This document shows positions 47,994 to 56,276 of a stretch of 64,000 bases of DNA, one piece after another. Source of the stretch: Candidatus Levyibacteriota bacterium (GTDB taxonomy: Bacteria; Patescibacteriota; Microgenomatia; Levybacterales; UBA12049); assembly GCA_003173895.1 (NCBI GenBank), contig PJMG01000005.1:18275-82274 (forward strand), given 5' to 3'. The position numbers were made by a program, and so were the translations under genes. Position 1 is the stretch's first letter; each line of letters begins with the position of its first letter. A model generated the notes under the pieces. It saw only the letters and a list, made by a program, of their open reading frames with translations, searched no databases and was not told the origin of the DNA.

Positions 47994-49106
47994 TTAACTT
48001 AACATTTGTAATAAAGTTTTAGGATCGCCATTATCATCTATAAATTCAGATCTAGATTCATGCTCTAGTGCCATTTTATTTTGCCCTTTTTTAGTAGGAT
48101 GAATTCCATCTAAATCTTCTTTTTTTAGTAAATTAAATTCATCAATTAAAATAACATTAATACTATCTGGGAAGTCCACATTAAATCTAGAAACAGCACG
48201 AGCCATAGCAATATTAATCCTTTTAGAAAGAATACTCGCTATCTGTTTTTTAAATGGAGAATCAAGTTTAATAGTAAAAGTTGGAATATTTTCCATTCTG
48301 GAAATAAAAGTCACCTCATCTGAAAGACCAATATTAGGTAAGCTTTCCATAACTATATTATTTAGATGAAGGCCATTAACTTTATAATCTAAAATTCTAC
48401 CCAGGAGTAGAAGAATTTTATCTTCATATACTTGGATATTAGAAGTTAGTGCATCTATTAAATTTTCTAAATAGCTAATGTCTTCTTTAGCTAAATCAAT
48501 TTGATTTTTACTTAAAATTTGATTAATTTTCTCTTCGCTATAATTAGAATTAAATAATATTTCAGCTACATCATTTCCGCCTACATCCATAGTTATATCT
48601 GAATTTTGTTCTTCACTTAAGTAGTTAGGAATTGTTTCTAACTGACTAAACGCATCATTTGTAGTAGATCCATCTTCGGCTAAATTTTTAACACTCCAAT
48701 TCCAACTAGGATTCATTCTATTTATATCATTTTTCATTACATCGCTTTCAGAATAATAACCGTCATCTGTAAAACCATGTGCGATACTGTTTCCTATAAC
48801 TATAATTTTATTACCTTTAACTGTTTCAGGAGTATAAGTAGCTTTTGTAGTCTGCTGAGCACATTTATAATTCTCTAAATTATCATTAAAATCTAAAAAT
48901 TCATCAATTTTATTTTTTAAATGTATTTTTTCTCCAAAATTATTAAAGAATCTGCTTGCCCATCTCCAAACGAAATTAGTTGCCGCTTGCTCTAGAAGTG
49001 CGCCAACGGTAACTGTAGCTCCTCCCCATAATAAATCTCTACGCGTAAGTCCATCTTCTTCAGAGCTATTATTCTCTTTTACAATTTTTCTTTCGAATTC
49101 AGCCAT
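47994..49106 (-). CDS. SGNH/GDSL hydrolase-like protein with twin-arginine-like N-terminus (probable start MAEFER)
   Basis: IGNSIAHG, GGND, DGIHP; LTRRDLLWGG. Confidence 0.75.
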   Translation of the reverse strand: MAEFERKIVKENNSSEEDGLTRRDLLWGGATVTVGALLEQAATNFVWRWASRFFNNFGEKIHLKNKIDEFLDFNDNLENYKCAQQTTKATYTPETVKGNKIIVIGNSIAHGFTDDGYYSESDVMKNDINRMNPSWNWSVKNLAEDGSTTNDAFSQLETIPNYLSEEQNSDITMDVGGNDVAEILFNSNYSEEKINQILSKNQIDLAKEDISYLENLIDALTSNIQVYEDKILLLLGRILDYKVNGLHLNNIVMESLPNIGLSDEVTFISRMENIPTFTIKLDSPFKKQIASILSKRINIAMARAVSRFNVDFPDSINVILIDEFNLLKKEDLDGIHPTKKGQNKMALEHESRSEFIDDNGDPKTLLQMLS

Positions 49107-49194
49107 AATGCTTAAGAAATTATAGCGCGACAAGCATTTACGTCAAGTAAGAATTTTACAAATCTTTTACCTTATGCTATCCTAGCCAATTGAT

Positions 49195-49632
49195 ATGGGA
49201 GAAGTGATCAATCTTAGCGAATATAGACGCGAAAAAGAAACACAAAATATCATTACTCAATTCTTGGAAAGTAAAATAGATCTTTATCAGACTGTTAATT
49301 ATTTTAACGATTATTGTATTGATGAATTAAATTTTGATCCAAGTGTCACTCTGGGTGATAACAATTCATCCCTAGATGCATTAGATAGAGTTTATACATT
49401 TGAATTCAGAGAAAATACGGAACATCAATTTTTTCTCAGTATTTTTAGTAAGTTACTAAAAGGACAATTAGATATTCAGAATGGTCCTATAGTGGTTGAT
49501 AAACTTTTACAAGGTTTTGGAGAAATTTATTGGCAACCACAAGTTAGATTCCAAATAATTGATAGATTAGATAAAACAGGTTATCAACGAATAACTAAAG
49601 TTACATTTCAAGAAATGCCCACAACATCTTAA
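49195..49632 (+). CDS. Hypothetical protein
   Basis: 145-aa ORF starting MGEVINLSEYRR. Confidence 0.6.
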   Translation: MGEVINLSEYRREKETQNIITQFLESKIDLYQTVNYFNDYCIDELNFDPSVTLGDNNSSLDALDRVYTFEFRENTEHQFFLSIFSKLLKGQLDIQNGPIVVDKLLQGFGEIYWQPQVRFQIIDRLDKTGYQRITKVTFQEMPTTS

Positions 49633-49634
49633 TA

Positions 49635-51446
49635 TTAATTTCCTCTCTGTGCGCGGACGCGGTCGATTTTAGATAAATATCTTTTTCTAGGTCTTAAAGA
49701 TTTAGGAGTGATTTCGAGCAATTCATCTGCTTCTATAAAATCTAGATATTGTTCTAAACTCATTTTTAAGGGAGGTACTAAAATAGTGGAGATATCAGAG
49801 TTCGAAGCTCTCATGTTAGTTAATTTTTTACCTTTAGCCACATTAATTTCTATATCATCACGTCTGCTGTTAAAACCTATAATCATACCTTCATAAACAT
49901 TTTCTCCAGGCTCTACAAAAGTTATTCCTCTTTCCTGGGCATTTTCCAATCCATATGCTAATGCTGGTCCACTTTCTGAAGCTATAAGTACTCCATTTCT
50001 GATTTTATCTATAGCAGGTTTCATAGGCTCAAAATCCATAAAAACCGAAGAAATAATAACTGTACCTTTAGTGGCAGTTAACATTATATTTCTAATACCA
50101 AAGATATTTTTACTGGGGGCTTTATATACGAAACGTGTAATTCCTTTTTCACTTAGCATATGAAGCATATCTGTTTTTCTAACTCCCATTTCAGTCGTAA
50201 TCACTCCCATAAATTCATCGGGTACATCTATAGTTACTTCTTCTACAGGTTCTAATGTCTGTCCATTTTCATGTTTTAGAACTACTTCAGGTTTACCTAT
50301 TTCAAATTCATATCCTTCCCGTCTTAAAGTTTCCAGCAAAATAGATAAATGTAATTCTCCCCGTCCAAAAAGTGTAAACTTTTCACCGTTTTGTTCATAC
50401 TTGAGAGCTACATTAGTTTCAATTTCTTTTTTTAAGCGATCTGCTATTTGTCTAGAGGTAGTATATTTCCCTTCTTTACCAGAAAAAGGTGAAGTATTAG
50501 GTCCTAAAATAATTTTAATAGTTGGTTCATCAATTTGAATTCTAGGAAGTGGTTCTTTAACACTAGGATCTGATAATGTATCTCCAATAGAAACATCATT
50601 AAACCCAGTTAATTCAATAATTTCACCAATTCCTGCACTTTCCACTTCAGTTTTATGTAATCCTTGGGAAATAAAAATATTAGCTGCGCGCGAATTTGTT
50701 ACACCTTTTTCAGAAATTAAAATAGCCGCGTCTCCTTTTTTGATCTCCCCTCTTTTAATTTTTCCAATAGCGTGTTTCCCTTTATGTTCATCATAAGAAA
50801 GAGCCGAAACTAACATTTGAAATGATCCTTCTTCAAACTGAGGAGGGGGCATATAATTTATTATTTCGTCCATTAAAATAGTTAAATCGCTCGCATTTTT
50901 AGCTTCCTCTACAGTTCTTCCTGCTTTTCCTTCACGCCCTATAGCGTAAATAACTGGAAATTCCAGTTGATCTTCGTGAGAAGCTAAATCTAAAAATAAA
51001 TCATGAGTTTTAGTTAATGTTACAGGAATATCTGCTAAAGGTTTATCGATTTTATTAATAACTACTATAACTTTTAAATTTAAATCCAGAGCTTTTTTAA
51101 GAACAAATTTAGTTTGTGGCATAGGCCCTTCCTGTGCATCTATTAAGAGTATAGCTCCATCTGCCATACCTAAGGTTCTTTCCACTTCTCCTGAAAAGTC
51201 AGCATGACCGGGAGTATCTATAATGTTAATTCGATAATCTCTATAATTGATTGCAGTATTTTTAGCTAGAATCGTAATCCCACGTTCACGCTCCAGAGGA
51301 TTTGCATCTAAGATAGTTGTTTGTTGCATCTCTGCTTCATTCTCACGAAATGTATGAGATTGCTTTAATAGAAAGTCTACTAAAGTAGTTTTTCCATGGT
51401 CGACATGCGCTATAATAGCAATATTACGTAAATTTTTATAATCCAT
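49635..51446 (-). CDS. typA: Translational GTPase TypA/BipA (probable start MDYKN at 51446)
   Basis: RNIAIIAHVDHGKTT, DTPGHADF, GRGELHL, KKLTNMR, EITPKSLR. Confidence 0.97.
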   Translation of the reverse strand: MDYKNLRNIAIIAHVDHGKTTLVDFLLKQSHTFRENEAEMQQTTILDANPLERERGITILAKNTAINYRDYRINIIDTPGHADFSGEVERTLGMADGAILLIDAQEGPMPQTKFVLKKALDLNLKVIVVINKIDKPLADIPVTLTKTHDLFLDLASHEDQLEFPVIYAIGREGKAGRTVEEAKNASDLTILMDEIINYMPPPQFEEGSFQMLVSALSYDEHKGKHAIGKIKRGEIKKGDAAILISEKGVTNSRAANIFISQGLHKTEVESAGIGEIIELTGFNDVSIGDTLSDPSVKEPLPRIQIDEPTIKIILGPNTSPFSGKEGKYTTSRQIADRLKKEIETNVALKYEQNGEKFTLFGRGELHLSILLETLRREGYEFEIGKPEVVLKHENGQTLEPVEEVTIDVPDEFMGVITTEMGVRKTDMLHMLSEKGITRFVYKAPSKNIFGIRNIMLTATKGTVIISSVFMDFEPMKPAIDKIRNGVLIASESGPALAYGLENAQERGITFVEPGENVYEGMIIGFNSRRDDIEINVAKGKKLTNMRASNSDISTILVPPLKMSLEQYLDFIEADELLEITPKSLRPRKRYLSKIDRVRAQRGN

Positions 51447-51455
51447 AATGATTAT

Positions 51456-51523
51456 TGTCATCCTGAACTTGATCCAGGATCTTCTTAATTCAGAGAGGAT
51501 GCTGAAATGAATTCAGCATGACA
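51456..51523. repeat. Intergenic REP-like palindromic doublet upstream of typA
   Basis: TGTCATCCTGAACTTGATCCAGGATC ... GGATGCTGAAATGAATTCAGCATGACA. Confidence 0.75.
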
Positions 51524-51590
51524 TTTATATTTTACCTTTTTTAGCTTGATTTGTCGAGCAGAAAGCTCTGAAATACGATAAAATTAGAAT

Positions 51591-52622
51591 ATGAAAAAAA
51601 GAAAAAGCAGGATAAGTGATAGTTCACAGTTTACAGTTTACAGTTATAATAGAGTTTTGAAAACAATAAAAGACTGGTTTAATAAAAAATGGGCTATTGT
51701 TTTGTTTCTATGTATTTTAATAGCATCCTCATTAATATTGATCTTAAAAACAAATGCTAAGTTTTCTAATTCTAAAATTTCAGAGAGTTTAGTACATGAA
51801 AATAAAACTTTTAAGACCGAATCAGCATTTGCTCAGATTTTAAAAGAAGCCAGTCTTTCTGGGAAAATTGCTACGCCAACTGTTTCTTTATCTCCTGCTC
51901 TCCAACTCTCCCCCACCGCTACGCCAGATTTAGGTTATTGTTTAAATGTTCCTATACTTTATTATCATCATACAGAACCTTGGTCTCAAGCTGTAACTTT
52001 AGGACATACTTCCTTAGCAGTAGATAGCGGAATTTTTGATGAGCAAATGAGTTATTTAACATCTCATGGATATAATACTATTTTTGCGGATGAATTAGTT
52101 AATGATTTAGTCAACCATATTGAGCCTCCTGCTAAAAGTGTAGTAATTACTTTAGATGATGGTTATCAAGATAATTATGATTATGCTTTTCAAAGTGCTA
52201 AAAAATATAATGTTAAATTAAGCTTAATGGTACCAACAGGTCTACTTGGTATAACTTCAGGTACTAATACTTATTTTAGTTGGGATGAATTATCGACTAT
52301 GGTTTCATCAGGTTTAGTCCGCGCTTATGATCATACTTGGTCTCATTACGCATTAAATGATGGAAATACTCAGAAAGATCAATTTGAAATAATGACTGGC
52401 CAAAATGAGTTACAACAGCATTTAGGAACTGTTTATAATATTTTTGCTTATCCTTACGGCTCAGGTGCTACTTCTAATATAGTTACAGATATTTTATCTA
52501 AAGATGGATTTGTAGGAGCTTATTCTACGATTCCAGGAACTTATCAATGCACTTCATATATTTTAGCTTTGCGTAGAACTAGAATTGGTTCCTCACCTTT
52601 CCCAGCCTTTGGTATTGAATAA
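51591..52622 (+). CDS. Membrane-anchored polysaccharide deacetylase (NodB/CE4, IcaB/PgaB-like)
   Basis: PILYYH, ITLDDGY, HTWSH, FAYPYG. Confidence 0.88.
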   Translation: MKKRKSRISDSSQFTVYSYNRVLKTIKDWFNKKWAIVLFLCILIASSLILILKTNAKFSNSKISESLVHENKTFKTESAFAQILKEASLSGKIATPTVSLSPALQLSPTATPDLGYCLNVPILYYHHTEPWSQAVTLGHTSLAVDSGIFDEQMSYLTSHGYNTIFADELVNDLVNHIEPPAKSVVITLDDGYQDNYDYAFQSAKKYNVKLSLMVPTGLLGITSGTNTYFSWDELSTMVSSGLVRAYDHTWSHYALNDGNTQKDQFEIMTGQNELQQHLGTVYNIFAYPYGSGATSNIVTDILSKDGFVGAYSTIPGTYQCTSYILALRRTRIGSSPFPAFGIE

Positions 52623-52625
52623 ATG

Positions 52626-53180
52626 TTAAGAGTTAGTAATAGTAGGTGGATTAAGCGGAGGAGCAGTAAGCTTGTTTCTTCCAATTAATTCATAAGATAT
52701 TTTGGGCTCATTTAATTGTCCAAGCAAGGGGATATTATCCACAGTTTCCATTATTCTAATCCGACGAATAGCTATATTTGGTAATGATGTGGGTAAAGCA
52801 TCTATAGAAGTTTGTATTTTTATCTGTTTCTTTTGTCTTAATAAAGTTATACCTGAATCAATTGTCTTCTCGACTATATTAGTCCATTCAGATTGAGCTG
52901 GCATTAAAGCATTAATAAAAGTTTCATCAAAAGGATTACCAAGTGGTAAAACTATCTGTAAGTCGTCGAGTTTCCCTGTCTTTACTGCTTCTATAATTTC
53001 TTCTTTTAAATCCTCTATTTGTCCGTTAAAAATGCCTTCTTCTAAGAATAAATCTTCACAACTACTTTGTGCCATTGGATCATTTAAAGATCTATCTCTA
53101 CAATCATCCAACACTTGTACTATTTTAGTATCTGATATTTCCCCGTTTAAAAATAAATTTCCTTGTTCAAATTCTGACAT
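52626..53180 (-). CDS. Hypothetical protein (N-terminus MSEFEQ)
   Basis: 184-aa ORF. Confidence 0.6.
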   Translation of the reverse strand: MSEFEQGNLFLNGEISDTKIVQVLDDCRDRSLNDPMAQSSCEDLFLEEGIFNGQIEDLKEEIIEAVKTGKLDDLQIVLPLGNPFDETFINALMPAQSEWTNIVEKTIDSGITLLRQKKQIKIQTSIDALPTSLPNIAIRRIRIMETVDNIPLLGQLNEPKISYELIGRNKLTAPPLNPPTITNS

Positions 53181-53255
53181 AAAATAATTATAACAAGATT
53201 TTAAAAATCATTATACTATGGTATTTTAAATTCTTGAGGTACAAATTATTTTAAT

Positions 53256-54047
53256 ATGCTTGAAGCAGATGATGAGAGAGCTAGAATACTAGCGTTAGAA
53301 ACTAAAAGATTAAATGTTCAGAATAAATTAATTGAAAATACAGTAGAAAAATTAAAAATGATTACTTCTCTATATTTTGATCTTCCCTTCCCAAATAATG
53401 TAGGAAACGAAGATGCTTCAAAAATAGTTCACGCAAATAATCAAGAATTAGAAGATGCTTTAGATTTACAAACTTTTAGGGTAACAACTTTTTGTCAACA
53501 AATATTAAATAGTTTCAAAAACCCAAATAATTTACGTACATATCCAAGTAATAAAGAGAAACTCTATCCTGCTTTAATAGGAGTTATGATAAAAGACAAT
53601 ATGCCGCCTTTATTTGTATCTTTATGGCAAGATCAAAAAATTGATTCCGAAGCACGAACTATAAGTTATATGCGACTACTTATACCGACTACTTCACAAA
53701 AAGGAAGAACTGGTAAAACTAATTATATTTTAGCAAATTTCTATATACCAACCATATTTTTCCCAGATAAAATGGGATTAAGTATAACTGAAGTAGATAT
53801 AGATAATAACTATTCTTATATAGACGCTGCTTATTATCTAAATTATGATGCCTATAACAATAATTGTCCCACTTATGATTGGGCAAGTGATCATACAAAT
53901 CCACCTTTAAGAATAAAACAAAAATTTGATAAGGCTATTTTAATTGGCAAAAATATTATAACTTACGAACCAGATTCTTATTTATTAAATGACAATATTA
54001 TTGCTAGTAATATTTCATCCATGATGAGTTATCAACCAATAAAATAG
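53256..54047 (+). CDS. Hypothetical protein
   Basis: 263-aa ORF. Confidence 0.6.
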   Translation: MLEADDERARILALETKRLNVQNKLIENTVEKLKMITSLYFDLPFPNNVGNEDASKIVHANNQELEDALDLQTFRVTTFCQQILNSFKNPNNLRTYPSNKEKLYPALIGVMIKDNMPPLFVSLWQDQKIDSEARTISYMRLLIPTTSQKGRTGKTNYILANFYIPTIFFPDKMGLSITEVDIDNNYSYIDAAYYLNYDAYNNNCPTYDWASDHTNPPLRIKQKFDKAILIGKNIITYEPDSYLLNDNIIASNISSMMSYQPIK

Positions 54048-54107
54048 ATATAATTTGATATTCTTTTTTCTCTTGTTATTTTTATTTCTTTCGTATAAAT
54101 TTTAATT

Positions 54108-55352
54108 ATGACTTCGGGTTTAAAAACTATCATTCATATCGATTTTGATTCGTTTTTTGCTTCATGTGAACAACAAAATAATGCTAAATTCAGGAATAAA
54201 CCTTTAGCAGTATTAGCTGCGAATGGCGCTACTGCAATTATCGCTGCATCTGTAGAAGCTAAGAAATATGGTATTTATGGACGGGATCGAACCTATAGAG
54301 CATACGAACTCTGTCCTAAGTTATTAACTACTAAAGCTAACTTTTGGTTATATTTTGAAGTCTCTAAAAAGTTTTTATCTATCGCTAATCGTTTTTCACC
54401 ACTGGTAGAAGTATTTTCTATTGATGAGCTTTTCATGGATGTTACAGAAACTCAAAAACTTTTTGGAGGAGTAGAAAATTTAGTTAAAAGTTTTAAAGCC
54501 TGCATAAAAGCAGAAATTGGAGAATATATTACTGCGAGTTTTGGTATTTCATATAATAAACTTTTATCTAAATTAGCTTCAGGTATTAATAAGCCAAATG
54601 GAGTTTATGAAATTACTAAAGAGAATTTATTTGAAACTTATAACAAATGTAAATTAAATGATATTTGTGGTATAGGATACAGAATTGAAGAGCACTTAAA
54701 TAAAATTGGAATTTATACTTTACTCGATTTAAATAAGGCTGACTTGAGACGTTTAAAATTAGAATTTGGCAATATAGAAGGAAATTTTTTAAAAAACGCG
54801 GGAATGGGAATTGGAAGTGATCAGTTAACTCCATATACTCAAAAATCTGAAACTAAATCTTTAAGTCGCCAATATTGTTTAGCAGAAAATACTTATGAGA
54901 TGAAAATCGTACGCGAAAATATTTTCGAATTATGTGAAGAAGTTACACTAAAACTGCGAAAACTAAATAAACAGGCTAAAATAGGTGGAATTTATTTAGG
55001 TGGAGAAAAATCTTATCACGATAGTAAAACTATGACTAATTACTTCTCAGATCCTCTAATTTTGTTTAATATTTGCAATAAATTTTTTAATCAGTGGAAT
55101 CCTAAAATGGTCAGGCGTATTTCTATTTGGGTTGCTAATCTAATTGATGACATAGCAGTTCCTGCTTCTCTGTTCGAAGAAGAAAATAGAAATGTGAAAG
55201 TTCAAAATACTATTGATTTAATTAATGAAAAGTTTGGAGATTATACTATTCGCCGTGCAGCCCTTCTAAAAGCTGATAAATTAAAAACAGTCCCAAATGG
55301 TTTTCTAGCCGACAGAAATCAAAGAAATGAACTAAGACACTTTACTATATAG
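54108..55352 (+). CDS. dinB: Y-family DNA polymerase IV
   Basis: HIDFDSFFASCE, AASVEAKKYGI, FSIDELF, SKLAS...KPNG, ICGIG. Confidence 0.92.
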   Translation: MTSGLKTIIHIDFDSFFASCEQQNNAKFRNKPLAVLAANGATAIIAASVEAKKYGIYGRDRTYRAYELCPKLLTTKANFWLYFEVSKKFLSIANRFSPLVEVFSIDELFMDVTETQKLFGGVENLVKSFKACIKAEIGEYITASFGISYNKLLSKLASGINKPNGVYEITKENLFETYNKCKLNDICGIGYRIEEHLNKIGIYTLLDLNKADLRRLKLEFGNIEGNFLKNAGMGIGSDQLTPYTQKSETKSLSRQYCLAENTYEMKIVRENIFELCEEVTLKLRKLNKQAKIGGIYLGGEKSYHDSKTMTNYFSDPLILFNICNKFFNQWNPKMVRRISIWVANLIDDIAVPASLFEEENRNVKVQNTIDLINEKFGDYTIRRAALLKADKLKTVPNGFLADRNQRNELRHFTI

Positions 55353-55395
55353 TAGTATTGAAATAAGAAAAAAACATGCTATAATTTCCCCTATC

Positions 55396-56232
55396 ATGGC
55401 AGAACAAGAACAGAATCCAATTACTACAGAAGCTAATGAAGTAGAAATTATAAATATCCCAACTAATACACGAAGACAAGTTATTAAGGATGCGTTCAAA
55501 TGGGCAGGTATAGGTGCAGGTTGGACGGGATTGTTTACAGCAATTAATGTAGCTGGCGCTGCTATCCAAGAACCTAAAGTTATTTCTAAAGCAACAGAAC
55601 AAGAGCAAGAAGCTACAAAAGCGATAGAAAGTGGTGAAAAATTACAAACTAAATTTTTCGCTAGAGATATAGTCGAAGCAAGTTCGAGGATTACTTCTGA
55701 TACAACAGTTGAAAATCTTTCACTTATAATTAGTGGTTGGTTTGCGGGAACAGCAGTAGGAGGTTTCTTATTAAGAAATCATTCAAAATTATTTAATAGT
55801 ATAGTGGGATCTACGACAGCTGTGGGAGGTAAAACTGTCGATGTAGCGTCTACTTTAGTCTTTGCAACCAAAATGAATGATCCACGTTTTAAAGAATACA
55901 ACGTAGGTTTATATTTTAATGAAGTAAATCCTCTTTTTTCACCTAATCCTTCACCTGAAGAAGTAATAACAAAAAGTTTATTCTTAATCGCACTTATCGG
56001 TCTTTCATCATTCAGATTTCCAGCATTTGGAAGAGGATATTTAGGAGCATCACCAGCAATTCTAAAAAATAATTTAGAAGTTGCTCATACAATTGGAACA
56101 GCATTAGAGTTAGGTGATCAAGTAAAATCTTTAATAGAGCAAGGTAGAGATGCTAATTACATTAAAAATTATTTACAACATACTGGAGAAAACCAATCTC
56201 AATTTAAGGATATTAAAACTAATACAGATTAA
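55396..56232 (+). CDS. Membrane protein with twin-arginine-like segment and DUF5658-like motif
   Basis: NTRRQVIK followed by a TM; DVAST...NEVNPL. Confidence 0.5.
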   Translation: MAEQEQNPITTEANEVEIINIPTNTRRQVIKDAFKWAGIGAGWTGLFTAINVAGAAIQEPKVISKATEQEQEATKAIESGEKLQTKFFARDIVEASSRITSDTTVENLSLIISGWFAGTAVGGFLLRNHSKLFNSIVGSTTAVGGKTVDVASTLVFATKMNDPRFKEYNVGLYFNEVNPLFSPNPSPEEVITKSLFLIALIGLSSFRFPAFGRGYLGASPAILKNNLEVAHTIGTALELGDQVKSLIEQGRDANYIKNYLQHTGENQSQFKDIKTNTD

Positions 56233-56276
56233 ACTAAAACTATTCACCTTAAACATACAGTTTTTATTAATTAAAG

